A stretch of 64,000 nt of DNA, from positions 325,748,001 to 325,812,000 of the forward strand of contig OZ024742.1 in assembly GCA_964016885.1 (NCBI GenBank), in the 5' to 3' direction. Positions 29,197-43,775 of the stretch are shown here, in pieces. Under the pieces are notes generated by a model that worked only from the letters and a program-made list of their open reading frames with translations, was not told the origin of the DNA and did no database searches. Position numbers and translations under genes: made by a program. The stretch's first letter is position 1. Every line of letters begins with the position of its first letter. Source of the stretch: Eledone cirrhosa (Eukaryota).

Positions 29197-30545
29197 ACGT
29201 TTAACGTCCGTGTTCCACGCTTGCATGGGTTTGGACGGGGGTAGTCCCACTTGAGGCAAGAGTGATTGTCTTGCTCGCATAGGACTGACTGGCAGGTTTT
29301 CTACAGTTGGATGCCCTTCCTAACACCAACCACATTTACAGTGTGGGTCTGGGAGGTTTTTACCGTGTTGCCTACACGGCCACATTACAGCGTGGACTGT
29401 GTGTTTTTTTGTCGTGACACCTACACGATCTCATTTGTTTCGGCCTATGGCGCGGCACCAACATAACTTTACATAGAACGGGGTGGTGTGGATGGGGTGG
29501 GGGTGGTGGGGGTGGGACGGGGTGTATTTTGTTAGAGATGCCTACTGGTTGGAGTAGGTTTTACTATATATTTAGGTAAGGCGGGTCTTCTCTGTTACTG
29601 AGTACCGCCAAAGGTCTCGGTCCAGTGACATTGTCTTGGAGAGGTGTAAGTGTGTGATGTCGGAGTTTATCAGCTCGTCCCAGGTTTTTCTAGGTCTGCC
29701 TATTCCGTGACTACCGTCTATCTTTATTGCCCTGCACTTTGTTATACAGCTATCGACTTTCATGCGCATCACGTGTCCATACCAACGTAGCCTTCTCTCG
29801 AGTAAACAACATCTGATCCCTCTTATCTCTAATTTTTTCCTTAGTTCGTTTATGCTTTGCCGTTCACGTATATTACTGTTACACATCCAGCGGAGCATGC
29901 AAGCTTCGTTCCTCTCTAGTCTGCGTATATCCTCTGCACACAATGCCCAGGCCTCACTGCCATGCAGCATTGCTGTTCGTATGCAGGCATCGTACAACCT
30001 GCCTTTCATTTTTAGGGAGAACCCTTTAGCAGCTAATAGTGGTATAAGCTCTCTGAACTTTTTCCAACCAGTTCTGACTCTAGCTACAGTACTTTCAGAG
30101 CACCCACCCCCACTGCTGATTTTATCGCCCAGGTAACGGAATCTGTCCACTATTTCTATAGAACCCTCTGCGCAATTGAAAGAGCTAGTATTTTGTGGGC
30201 ACTTGCTGCTACTTATTGCACCAGAACACCGGCCACATGTAAAATCTATGTTCTTAGTTAGCTTACCTGTGATCCGACTACATCTTTTATGCACCCATAC
30301 TTTGCATTTAGGACATAAAATGGAGTTTCTACCTACGCCTTTCCTACACACCGAGCATGGCCATTTCCCAGAAGGGACCGCCGCCTTGTTTTCTTTCCTA
30401 CAAACTAGAACTTTGGTCTTAGCCAGGTTAATTTTAAGTCCATTTGACTCTAGGCCGTGCTTCCATGTTTGGAATTTCTTCTCTAGCTCGGCCATTGATT
30501 CCGCTATGAGTGTCAGGTCGTCTGCGTATAGGAGTTCCCATAGGC

Positions 30546-30547
<2 letters not shown>
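29168..30547 (-). mobile_element. RTE-clade LINE, 5'-truncated, with (GAT)n tail
   Basis: WELLYADDL at ~30513-30539, [31 protein letters not shown]; 3' UTR then (CAT)n on the + strand at 29168-29194. Confidence 0.92.
29572..30495 (-). CDS. RTE ORF2 C-terminal part (RT thumb region with embedded PHD-like Cys/His finger)
   Basis: Open 307-aa frame; [24 protein letters not shown] fits C4-H-C3. Confidence 0.85.
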   Translation of the reverse strand: MAELEKKFQTWKHGLESNGLKINLAKTKVLVCRKENKAAVPSGKWPCSVCRKGVGRNSILCPKCKVWVHKRCSRITGKLTKNIDFTCGRCSGAISSSKCPQNTSSFNCAEGSIEIVDRFRYLGDKISSGGGCSESTVARVRTGWKKFRELIPLLAAKGFSLKMKGRLYDACIRTAMLHGSEAWALCAEDIRRLERNEACMLRWMCNSNIRERQSINELRKKLEIRGIRCCLLERRLRWYGHVMRMKVDSCITKCRAIKIDGSHGIGRPRKTWDELINSDITHLHLSKTMSLDRDLWRYSVTEKTRLT

Positions 30548-30629
<82 letters not shown>

Positions 30630-30711
30630 CATATATATATTTATATATATATATATTATACATATATATATATTTATATATATATATATATATAAATATA
30701 TATACATATAC

Positions 30712-30769
<58 letters not shown>

Positions 30770-30784
30770 TAAAATAACTATTAT

Positions 30785-30814
<30 letters not shown>

Positions 30815-30815
<1 letters not shown>

Positions 30816-30997
30816 ACGAAGGAGGTCTGGTAAGGAAACAGATGGACCATAATGCTCCAGACTACTCAATAATTAGGATAGTAGAGTTGGTAATAGAAAA
30901 AATGTTTGACCATGAGGGCTGAGCTCAAGCCGTTTCGACGGCTATTTCCAGAAATAGCCGTCGAAACGGCTTGAGCTGTGCCGTCGGAGTCAAACAT

Positions 30998-31002
<5 letters not shown>
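30815..31002. repeat. Short HHR-half repeat family copy, palindromic
   Basis: 27-bp arms 30922-30948 and 30951-30977; GAAAC at 30963-30967, GCCGTC at 30980-30985; (TA)n flanks. Confidence 0.85.
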
Positions 31003-31093
<91 letters not shown>

Positions 31094-32089
31094 GTATACA
31101 TATATATATATGTCTATGTGTATGTGTGTATGCTAATACAGTCTATTGTAGTTTATACATGAAAACACAAATTTCTTGCTTAATTAAATAATTAATTAAC
31201 CATTAGTCGGAGAAATAATAACAGACAATATTATTGAAATATTAAAAAAGAAACACAACTAAATATATATTTAAATATATATGTGAGTATATATATCTGT
31301 CTCTATATATATCTATCTCTCTATATATATCTATATATATATATATATATGTAACTATATGTATGTGTGTGTGTATGTGTGTGTGTGTGTGTGTGTATGT
31401 GCTTATGTATTTTGGTGGATGTGTGTGTGTGTTTGGTTGTGTGAGTGTGTTTGTGTGTGTGTCTGTATTAATTAGTACTTTGTTACTGTCGCTTGTGCAT
31501 TAGAGCCAATGTATCGATCTGAAAGGACGTATCGCTAGCGATCGACTGATGAGATGGGTCTGTCTATATTTGTTAATCTTCCTGCCTTCGCCCATATTTC
31601 TTTAGTCATTTGTATGTTTTGGACCCATGCGGATCTTTCTGTTAAATATTGATATTTTGTCTCAAACCTTTGTCTGTCTTTCTTCACTTACTCTCTCACA
31701 CCCTCACTGCCTTTTGTCCCTGTCCTTTTAGGACAAATTGCAAACAATCAGAAAATAATTTTCTCAACGTTTCTATAATCTCTACATCTCCAACTTCTCT
31801 TTTATTTCTCTATAATTCATGGGTAATCCACATTTTGGGCCTCCACAATAATATTTCAATTGCAGCCCATGGGTTGGTGGCAATATTTTTCTGATTTGTA
31901 AATAATCTTAAAGTCTATCATCTTGTTCTTTGTCCATTTATTACTGTCCTTTGTTGATTAGATGTAAATAGTCGTTAATACTTTCGTTTTATCCTTTATC
32001 CATTTGTACACATGCAAAATAGTGGTAGTAGTATCCATTAATGAGATGGGACTCTCTGCATTCGTTCATTTTCCTGAGTTCACCCTCTT

Positions 32090-32155
<66 letters not shown>

Positions 32156-32823
32156 CACTTCTATACAGAAGACACCGATCTCTTCAAAGAATTCCTTGCT
32201 ATTATTTATACCACTACCACCTGCAAGCTGCTGGTCAGTTTGACGACTGAACATGCTTTGTTTAAATCGCCTTCTCCTAACATTTTCCGTGTGGTGTAGG
32301 TGAACAGTACATTCCCGAAAATGTCTGCTCGGATGCTCAAGACTCCGCCGAATCATGTTGATGTTCGGGTTAACAGTGCAGCAACGTTAGCATAAGATTC
32401 GAGCCACACACGCGTACTTTTGTAATTATGTGTTTCCACTCGATCGGATCAGCATTCAATGCCACTTCTTGACCGCTGTGGGACTTCTGAAGAAACATCT
32501 GCAGGTGAACTGGTGGGGTTGTTGAGCTACTCACACATATGTATTGTTTATAGTGGTGAAGGCAAGCCACATTTTCGGAAATATTGATAACAGCGGATTG
32601 GAGGAAAGCTTTTCCACGAACACAGTGACCTCAGATACTGGATGGCCGTTGATTCTCAAAAGTTCCTCCACGCTCTGACGGGTTTTGTCTTCCATCTTGC
32701 TGTGTGTCTAAAAATTCACCTGCCTCACGAAGCAAGCTTGGGAGGGTTACCAGTACATACGCTCCTGTCACAGGTTGTAATGTGCTACATGTTACCAGTA
32801 GCACTCGTTGTCTGACATATATA

Positions 32824-32880
<57 letters not shown>

Positions 32881-33609
32881 GGGGGGCGTACTTAATTTGT
32901 ATTGCTTATGAGGAGGAAGGCTAGTGATCTTGCCACTTTGTATATCCGCATGGAGTGGTGGGAGTGTAAGGGTAAAGCATCCATGATCCAGTCACCTGTC
33001 GAGCTGAGGCCTTGAAAGAGATTGGACATCGTTATATCAACTATGTATCAACTGGCTAAAAAAAAGGGCCATGGTTTTAATCTAGCATATCCATGGCTAT
33101 AGGCGAATTTAGAATCGAAATCAGCGGAATTAGGACCATATCGCACTTTTTATGTTTCCTAACGATAGCAGGAGGGAACAGCAATACACTATTACACTAT
33201 TTATCGATTATTGGTGGCCGAATGTAAAAGTCGACCAAAGTGAGATTGGAAAACGTAGCGCAAGTAATCAAGTAATCGGGGGAAATATTGCAGGTTATAA
33301 CGTACAATGCTCTAAATCTAGCCTTCAATATATATATGTTTGTATATATATATATATATATATACATCTATATATATACAAATACGCCACGCACATACAC
33401 ATTCACAGGCACACACGCACACAGACGTACCCATATATATATATATATATATTTATTAAATAACAGATTAAAGTTTAAGCAAAGAATCGCTGCTTTCACC
33501 CTTAACGGGATCTTCTGAAACTACAAAGTCAATCTGTAAACGCAGAAGTGGATATTTCAAAAAACGTTGCAATCGGTGGAAGACAGGAAGACGATACTTT
33601 GGTTCGTGG

Positions 33610-33870
33610 AAACGTTCCCTACCAAAGAACGGGAAAAAACGAATAAGATACGTCATTAATAGGAGCGGTGAAAAACAAGTACGCGCAAAGACAGAACCAC
33701 GTTTATGGTATAAAAGAGGTCGTAGACTAATGTTCTCTTAGGTGGTTCATAGAGACGTTCTCTGGCAATGAACGAAAAAAACGAAGATAATACGTCATAT
33801 GTGGAGCGCGGAGAACAATAGCGCGCAAAGACAAAACTACGTAAATGGTATAGCAGAAGTCGTAGACTAA
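33610..33870 (+). repeat. Diverged tandem duplication, ~140-bp period
   Basis: acgttc...atacgtcat...ggagcg...cgcgcaaagaca..acgt..atggtata...gtcgtagactaa occurs twice. Confidence 0.8.
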
Positions 33871-33959
33871 AATTTCTAACTAGGAGACCGAATGAATCTC
33901 CGCTACAGAGTTAAGAACAAAGTAAATAAATACAATACAGAAGTAATAGAAATAAATAA

Positions 33960-35019
33960 ACCAGATAGAAAAATGCCTACAGCAAAAAAAGTAATATTGT
34001 TGGAATATAAACCTTTAAAAATACAGGACAAGAAAATAAGATAAAACTTTAAAAGAATAGGACAAGAAACTAAGATAAAACTTTAAAGAATTGGACAAGA
34101 AATAAAAAAAATCTTACAAGAATATTAGTGGCAAAATTTTTATTGGTAAAAAATCGAGTTCCACATTCATAGGCTCTGGGTACATCATTCAGAGATCGTC
34201 GTCAGAGAGGGGATCGTTTGATCCTGGTTTGAACACCAATTGAGCCATAACCATACCCCTATTTCATCATTCGGCGACACGCCTCATGTGTCATGCATAA
34301 TGTGAATGGACCCATGGGCCCATGAGCACAGATCTTGAGCAGCAGCGGACGGTCTTGTCGTCCCGCTCATCCTTGATCTTGACCAACCCGTCCATCTTCT
34401 CCTTGCATCTTGTCGTTGAGTTCAAGTCCGGCAGTCCAGATTAATGCGTGCCACAGCTTTCTGGTACAGGAAGGGGGAGCAGGAGGACTGGAGGTATGAC
34501 GGGACAGAGGGAGGGAGGACCGGTGGTTGAGGGAGGTGCCGTAGTCGGTGGTCAGAATCGACATCTTGTCCCGGTCGTCTTCTCCATCTTCGTCTGGTGT
34601 TGCGGGACCAGAAGTGCATTCTTGGAGGAGACCTGCAGCTGCATCGGCCAATTCTTCTTGCAATGGTCATTCTGACGGAGCAGAACTGCTCAGCCAACCA
34701 ACCCCAACCAGAACCGACCGCTCAGGGGCAACGCACAATGAGAGCATGACAATTATTATGCACTAATCAAGAAAATACTGGGGCATAGCACAGGAAACGA
34801 ATAAAAAAATGTTGCCACTAATATTATTGTAAAATTTTTTATTTCTTGTCCAATTCTTTAAAGTTTTATCTTAGTTTCTTGTCCTATTCTTTTAAAGTTT
34901 TATCTTAGTTTCTTGTCCTATTCTTTTAAAGTTTTGTCTTATTTTCTTGTCCTGTAATTTTAAAGGTTTATATTCCAACAATATTACTTTTTTTTGCTGT
35001 ACGAATTTTTCTATCTGGT
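33960..35019. repeat. Inverted repeats (33960-34147 / 34797-35019) with internal ~33-bp subrepeats around a GC-rich core
   Basis: ggacaagaaactaagataaaactttaaaagaata units, 3 starts on the left and 4 on the right (reverse complement). Confidence 0.88.
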
Positions 35020-36579
35020 CTACTATTTTTTGAGGCAATGCAAGCAACAACTATCTAATAATTAAATGATCATAGTGAATTACTGACAAGTGATTGACAT
35101 TTTAAAGTTCTTTTGAGTATAATTGCAATCTAGTTGAGGCAACTGGCTTAATGACAAAGCTAGTAAATCATGAATGCATTTAAGATGAATTGGTGAAACT
35201 TGTGCATTTCAATGGTGTTACAACAATAGATGTAAGTTATATAGTAGTAATACTTTATCATTTTAACTTTTTAGAATGGACAAAAACCCATGCAAAGAAA
35301 TGACTTTGACGGCAGTGATTCTCTCCAATTTACTTACAAAGCAAAACGTGGTCAAATACCTTATCATCTCTGATAAAATACCCATTGAATCACGGAAAAT
35401 CGGATGCATGGAATTCCTCATAAAATGCACCTATGAATCGGAAGCCATCACATATATCAATGGATATAGGGAGTTGTTCACACTGGAAGACCATCACTTC
35501 ATTTGTGACTTCATCAGTTATCTCCACGATTATCTCAGACACCCAATGCCATTGATGAGAGGTGATCCAATGTGTGAGCATGTAACTAATCTCATAGAAG
35601 TTGTTATCGACCACCTGGCTTTTAGTGATATTTGACTGATTTGACTGATAATGATGTATTTTTAAAAAGTATGCGTACATTCTTGTTACTATTTTAAGGC
35701 AATACAAGCAACAACTATTTAATAAAATTTAAATTTAAAAATGACCATTGTGCATTACTAGTATGATGACATTTTATTAAGTCACAAAATTAGTCAGTCA
35801 GCCATAGAACAAGGATCAGGTGGCAAAAACATTGGCAAAAATTTGTGTCAATTTAAGATTTCCAACATTGTTCAAAAGAATCTTATCTGGTTTGAAGTCA
35901 GATTTGTCAAATTTTGACCAATTTTCAATGTTGTGAACATTGGGCAAGTTCAATTTTTGAATCATTTCTTTCATGCAGTAATTAAACTTTTCCAAACGTC
36001 GTCATTTCTGGATTACCTCCCCTAGCGTCACGCTTACTACTCACTCACTTGAACACAAGATTTATCAGCAAACTTTGATTATAAACTTTTTCCCGCTGGA
36101 CCAAATTTCTAGATTTTTAAGCCAAAAGATGCGTAATGATCTACTGTTTATGCTCATATAAGTTTTATCTCAGTTAAATAAAGTAGTGCCGCGCTGTACT
36201 GTCGTAAACAGACGATTGCCAACGAAAACACGACCACAACAATATTACTAAACGGACTACCGTCCGTTTAGGATACATACGCGCAAACAAATACGTACAT
36301 ACACAAGCATACGCAAAACACTTACCATAGGTATACAAAACCACGCACATATGTGTGTGTGTGTATATGCGTGTATATAAATAAATAAATAATTATATAA
36401 ACGTATATAAATAAATAAATACGTAAATAACAAGCGCACACACATACCTACATGTAAATACACGAATGTTCGGAGACGTAAGTCAACCAAAACATGAAGT
36501 ACACATATACACACACCCTACATACGTACGAACCTGCATACTCACACAGACGCAAAACTCCCGTATACACATAGCCAAA

Positions 36580-36620
<41 letters not shown>

Positions 36621-36623
36621 TAT

Positions 36624-36694
<71 letters not shown>

Positions 36695-37008
36695 TAGATA
36701 TTTACGCACACACATATCTGCCTAACATGAACATTGATAGATATAGCATCGGCTTTGGCCTCTAGTTACAGTTGAGTTAGTTTGAACTGAAGCAGCAATA
36801 AATTCATTATAGAAACTGTGCATCTTCTTTCCTTTCAACTTAAGAAATACGGCAGCATGTTTATTCAACGGAATATTGACCGATTACCAACTAAGCAAAA
36901 TTAGTCTTTTCCGACAGACTCATGATCAACAGATACAAAGTCAAGTACACACGGAACCAAAGACACAGATAAACACCTGTATATATAATATACATATGTA
37001 TACATACA

Positions 37009-37068
<60 letters not shown>

Positions 37069-37071
<3 letters not shown>

Positions 37072-37190
37072 TCATCATCATCATCATCAACGTTTAACGT
37101 CCGTGTTCCACGCTTGCATGGGTTTGGACGGGGGTAGTCCCACTTGAGGCAAGAGTGATTGTCTTGCTCGCATAGGACTGTCTGGCAGGT
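37069..37190 (-). mobile_element. Short 3'-end copy of the RTE LINE
   Basis: (CAT)n plus aacgtttaacgtccgtgttccacgcttgcatggg..., nearly identical to 29168-29297. Confidence 0.9.
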
Positions 37191-37210
37191 ATATATATAT
37201 ATATATATTA

Positions 37211-37263
<53 letters not shown>

Positions 37264-37286
37264 TATATATATACATATATATATAC

Positions 37287-37382
<96 letters not shown>

Positions 37383-37507
37383 ATATTTACATATATTTAT
37401 ATATATATTTATATCTATATAGTAATAATAATACATTTGTAGACTAAAATCCCGTTAAGGGTGAAAGCAGCGATTCTTTGCTTAAACTTGAATCTGTTAT
37501 TTAATAA

Positions 37508-37602
<95 letters not shown>

Positions 37603-38255
37603 AATATATACACTGATGTTCTGACTGAGCATATATTACGCGAGTCCGTGTTTTTTTTCTGACACGAAACTTTTGAAACATTTTGCCGTAAATTATTTCT
37701 TGTGATTGTTTCTGTGCATTGGCATTCTTGCTATTTTCTCAGACATGCTTCTTTTTGTTACCTTTTATTCATGTGTATTTCTTTATCTTCCTCTTTCAAT
37801 GATCTTCACTTTCTTGAGATTTCTCTAGGTGGATATTATTGGAGTTGTTTCCCTTGCTTTTCTTTTAATTTGCATTGGTAATCCTTGTTATATTTTAAAC
37901 ATCCGTTGAGACCGATTCGCTCTCGTACTTGCAATATTAATTTCAGTTGATTTCAATGGATAAAGAATAGAAAGACTTTGAATTTCAGTCATACTTTTAT
38001 CCCTTTATTCATTAATAGCAGTTCAGCTATCATCTTAGAAATCAATTTACTTTACATATATACGGTGCATCCTGTTTGTCACATGATCGGTCACTCGGTT
38101 AGAAAAATACAACCAAATCTCCATGAAAACTGTAACGAGAACAATTATTAGAGTGTGAAGTAATACATCTTTTAATATTTGACCCTACCTTTCGAGCTCC
38201 GAGTCAAATCAGGCGGTGTCTTACTCCCGTGATCGAATTTATTCATCACCCGATT

Positions 38256-39870
38256 TTATTTCATCAGCAAATAAGGAGGTAGCCCTGGGCCAGAAGTCTC
38301 CACTGCCAGGGGTACGACCGCAAACCTGTCGGAGAGCAACCGGTATTTGAGGAGTTTGGCCCCCTCAGCCCGACGTGCAGCAGAACCTGGGTCAGTTGCA
38401 GACTGTACCAGATTGCGGCTGCAGAAAGTGCCGGTGCAAGTGGCATCCCAGACGAGAGGTTTGCCACCGCGGAACGGGAAGATGGTCATGCCATCTGGCC
38501 TTATGCCGTCCCCTCTATCCAGCCCCACCGGCTCGAGCTGGGAATGGAAGCCTGCAGCGTCAAAGCTATGCTTAATGACCTCATTGAGGGCAGCATGGCA
38601 TGGAATGCGGCCGGCACTGTGGCGACAGGAAAGCGGGTGGAGGCCGAAAGAGTCCACGGTGGAACCGCAGCGACATTGGTGTGGCTGGCAGATCCGGAGG
38701 CCGAGCCTCAGGGAGACGCCAATGCGCGGGATAAGGTTATCTAACTGCGTTCCAGTGGAGAAGGGGGCAGGGCATGGGCCAGGCACCACTGTGGGGTTTG
38801 GGAGGCCGCACGAAAACAAGCAAGGTGGTACTGGTCGGCTAGCGCGTGAGCCTTTCTGAGGCCAGGCTGCACTGGATGGCATCCCACGTGCGTTGGGGGG
38901 ACTTGACATCAGCAGGGGCAGAAGGAGGAAGGACGTCTGCTGGGATAAGTCCCAGCCGGTCCCACGTCTCACAGGCGGCTTCACGTTCTCTGAACACAGA
39001 GTGTTGTGTTGTGCTTTGAAGAACCCTGCTGACTAGGACGTGGCAAGAGGTTACCGACGAAAGATACGCCGGCAAGGCTAGTGAGATCGGGGACCGGAGG
39101 CCAAGGCCGCCATACCTGACAGGTAAAGTGGCCTGTTGCCACCCTATGTCGCCAAACTTGACGTTGCATACCTCCTCAGCTGCTGCTCGGATACAAGTAT
39201 CCAGGTAATCGAGGAGAGATGTCTGTGTGTAGCACGGAACTCTGTGGAGTGTATAGTGGAGCTTCGGCGTGGCGAAGCAGTTCCTCACCAGAAATATAGC
39301 TGGGTGGCCGTTAATCAAGCCTAGTCGGCTCGTGAGAGTCTGGAGCTGTTAAAGCCAGGACCTGATGGTGGAGCGGATGGCCATCGGGTGAATCAGTGGC
39401 CCGAGGATGAGGACATCCTCTTTGGGGTTAACCTGAACCTGGCGGAGAATGGACCGCACGTCCAAGACAGAGGCTGCAAAGCTCGAAGTATCGAGGCTGA
39501 CATTCACCACCTCCGACTTGGCCGAGTTGACCTGGAGGCCGATTCCCGCCAGAGCAGGAACCACCGATTGTAGGTCATGGCAGACCATCCGTACGGGCCC
39601 GTCCAACGTAGCATCATCCAGATACCAAACGTGATACTCCGGGTAATGTGGTCAATACCAAGGGCGAACAGGAGGGGTCCCAAAGAGTCACCCTGTTGGA
39701 CCCCTGTAGCCGAGGGTATGAACCTATCAGCAGCAAGAAGCATGCTCGAGGCTCCATATGCCTAGTAGGCCAGCGGGTAGGCAGAGGGGGCTCAGCTGAG
39801 GTAGGCCTCGAGCAGATGAACCCGGCGTAAAGAGTTGAAGGCATTCCTCATGTCAAGCTTGACATTGAGG
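38256..39870 (-). mobile_element. CRE-clade non-LTR retrotransposon fragment (RT + CCHC + restriction-like endonuclease), frameshifted
   Basis: GVQQGDSLGPLLF, GLQVNSAKSE, QATLPVRYGGLGL, CRCG..HPLSC..HAALN, RPDG..PFRGGKPLVWDATC, KY..VPLAVETSG; GC-rich island. Confidence 0.88.
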
Positions 39871-40363
39871 TGCGACGTCACAAGTGATTCTAAGATCGTA
39901 GTTGTGTCAATTTCGAAGACGTTTACTGGTGTTATATTCATGAATAAGTTAGTTGTTATATTGAAAGATGTGTTTCCCTGATGATCAGATTAATATGTGT
40001 TAATCTGGTTCCTCGAATGACCGCAGTTGCCTGTCTGTTTATTGAAAATATTTCACGACATTTCATATATTTATTATTATTTTTATTGTTTCACATACAC
40101 TATGTAGAACATTCACCGGTTTATAATTCCTATTCTGACAATCCCCATCTTTCGTCCTGGTGGGAATAAACTATAATCTTCACTGTAACGTTATTCAGCC
40201 AAGGTGCTAATTATTTATTATTATTCCTAGAAACATGTAATTGACTGATGTTTTCTATGATATTTGATGGCAGTGAAAGTATTCAACACTGTGAACAAGT
40301 TGGTCCTTAATAACATCTGCTAAGATATAAAATATCAGCATCCTTTGTCAATTCATGATAATA

Positions 40364-40481
<118 letters not shown>

Positions 40482-41049
40482 CACACACCCATACATACAC
40501 ACACATATATATATGGGTGTTTCATTTTTATATGGAAATCTTTTAGTTGAAATCACTTGATTCCGATTGCACTCTGGATTCACTTTACATCTAAAACTGC
40601 ACTGGCAAAAATGTGCTTTTTTACTGATATGCCAACAAAATAAAAAAACATTTACTTCAACACATCTTGATTGTCGCCAGGCTACATGCTTGTCCATGTC
40701 CGTCTGTGTACATGCAGGCGACGTTGCCACCACTTATAGTATCCGAAATGAAAAATAATAAACCATGAAGTATGTAGAAATAATTTTATATCTGATTTGT
40801 TTTGCTTGTTCATACAAAGAAGTATTTGGCGTGACGTTGACGGCGTGAATATTTCCATACTTATTTTTATAATTGAACTGTATAATCACTTAACGCTAAG
40901 GTTCTAATGCAAGGTTCATTGCAATTTTGGTTTAATGCTGGCTTTGTTAGCGAATAGTTAACACATTCGTCAGGTTCCATCCGCTGTTATAATGATTCTA
41001 GAAATGTTAGAACTCAATGACCCGATAAAATAGTATTGATTGATTGATT

Positions 41050-41760
41050 TTGCCATGCATCTTTCACATCGAGTAAGAAAATATAAACCAGAAAGGCCAT
41101 TTGGCCGCTTCAGAAATAACACAAGGGAGAGGCACCTCAGGCTGGACTCGAGGTGACAATTTTAGTTGCTGTAAAATACACTAACCAGAGGATCCAGGAA
41201 GTGTGGAGAAAAGCGAATACTCGCACTCCAATCGAAAAAATGTATAACGAGTATCAAGGACTGAAAATAGAAATATCAAGGATGACCAACAAAGAAATTG
41301 CTAAATGCGAAATTTGGAAAGGTGATCTCAAAGAAGCGTCTGACATTGCAAGCCAGTACATTTTCAAACGGAAGGATGTCCCGCTGAGACACAGCGGAAA
41401 AATCGGATATATTCATTTATGGCAGGTGTTGACGCAGAATATGCGAGAATCATTCAGAAGGTGGAAAAGAATATTTACAATATGAAAATAAGAACAATAC
41501 AGTTGGATGCAGAAGTCATTGAGATGTCCGACAAAGTTGCTCTTGGAACTTTGTCATCCAGCTTAGATATAAGTGATGATGATGATGATGAAATCTTCAG
41601 GTCAGCACCACCCTAAAAATTACTGCGAACAAAGCCGACTTTTGACGCGGAACTTGTTGCCAGGGGGGAATGGGAGAAACTATCGTTATACTAAGCACGT
41701 ACTTCTTACATGACAATTGCGTATAGACTTGGTAATGATGTGTCTGAACTTTCGATTTCT
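41050..41760 (+). pseudogene. Possible decayed DNA-transposase N-terminal fragment (hATm-like)
   Basis: IQEVWRKA..IEKMYNEYQGLK..DIA, MAGVD and ELVA...KLS remnants; family assignment from memory only. Confidence 0.3.
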
Positions 41761-43384
41761 CTTCAGCTGTTTATCGAGCAAGAAAGAGTTACTGTGAGAT
41801 GATGGCTCAGGAAATCAAGTTGTCCACTTTCCCACTAGAAAACAAATCCTGGCTAGTCCCCCACTGGGTTAGAGAACCATGATATGTTTTTGCATGCAAA
41901 GAGGGAGGTGATGGTTGAATATCCAATGATTGTACTGCTTTCTGGAGATCATCTACGAGAAGACTAAGCTTAATTAATAAAGCCCTTCCTTGTCGGTCCG
42001 AAAAGCTTACCACCACGCTCGTTGGTTATTATATCAGTTATCAAGATATTTCTGTTCAGACAGAAATCGTGGGAAATAAGGTTTGAGTGTTAGACTTCTT
42101 GTCTACGTACATTATGTTATTTATAAGTGGCTTCGGTATTAATAGTATTTCGTTACATATCTATCATACATGTGTATGAATACGTGCAAACGAAAACGTT
42201 AGTGTGAGGAGATAATGATCGAGCAATGAAAGTGCATACTACGTATATTTTCCCAGTATAAATCACCATTATTATGTAGGTCAAGGTAGTATTTCAAAGT
42301 GTTACTTACAATGAAAATGACTAATTTTCACATTAAATGTGCAAAACACATATAAGTTAAATGATAAATACTTTGAGAATGCATAATTCTCATATATCTG
42401 AAGAATATAAAACAACATCACGCCTTACATAGAAGGTTTAGAAGGAGAAATATTTAATCTGAATATATAGTGTAGTTTATTTATGCAATAAATATTGAAA
42501 TGTTCATTCTGCTTTACAATAAGCTTTCACGGGACCAAAATTAGTAGAAGCTTCTATGAATGAAAATGGAATCGAACTATAACGTAGTAGTCACATATAC
42601 GTATTGTGGAATAACACTATATTGCTTCCTAATCATGAGTAAAATTATAAGAGAAGTCTATAATACGTAGCAATACATTAACACTGCAGAAAAGGCATAA
42701 ATATCACATAATCATTTACATCATTTTTAAATATATGAATCTTTAGAAAAAGTAAAAATAAAACTAATAAAACTAATAAATATATTTGACGTAAGCGGTA
42801 GCATAGAACGATATAACAAATAATATTTGCCAGAAGCTAATTCTCACTTGCACAGATACATTTATGATACAGATACATTTATGAAAAACAGCTGTTATGA
42901 AAGAAAATAGTTGCATATTTTGTTAACAATATTTATTGAACAGGGAAACTATCTCTAATCTCATACATACTCTGAGGGTGGGACTGAGAGTTGTGTCGGA
43001 AGACGTATCCTAGACAAAATTTGAGTAGTCAAATGATTCCTTGGTTCAAATGTTTGGATACACAAGGAACCTATCTGGAAGAAGTGGATTGCCAATTGAA
43101 CACAACAAAGCAAGTAATGATTTCTCAGCTTATGTAACTTATGTAACTTATGTAACTTATACAATATATTGTTGAGTAAAATGACGGGTGACCGGATCAA
43201 CAATAGGTTTCAACATCAAATATGGATGAGTTGTATAACGTCGGATGCTTTTCCTACATTACATCATGATTGACTATACGGAATGACCAGTTCTTTCCAG
43301 TGGTGAACCACCAAACTTGAGTGAATATATATATATTTATCTATGTATAGACACACACACACAAATATATATATGTCGACATAA

Positions 43385-43477
<93 letters not shown>

Positions 43478-43653
43478 ATACAATAACAGAGAAAGCTTTA
43501 AGCAATACTCCGACCGGCTTCCGTCTCACTCAACAAACATTAGGATATACCTTAGTATAATCCCAATTATACGTTTGGGGTAATAACTAAACGTATTCTG
43601 CGGATAGCCAGTTGTATTATTTTATATGAGACATAATTAAATACATCCCTCTT

Positions 43654-43775
43654 TCCAAACGATCGTTTCATTATAAGTTTTCTACAAATTGGGAAAATAA
43701 TGTCCAGGTTATGTAGAAGCCTACACATAGTCCATAGGAATATATGTCGGTGGGCACTTATAAATCATCAGTGGA
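43654..43775 (-). ncRNA. Type I hammerhead motif with extended stem II (left arm copy)
   Basis: Reverse complement of 46809-46930; tcatcag at 43765-43771, aacgatcgtttc at 43658-43669. Confidence 0.7.

Noticed and set aside
29479-29523. G-quadruplex-like G-tracts (also 1368-1392)
   Set aside because: Low-complexity tracts in retroelement UTR-type sequence with no evidence of function.
31546-31610. CTGATGA followed by atggg...cccat pairing
   Set aside because: No GAAA box or stem III follows.
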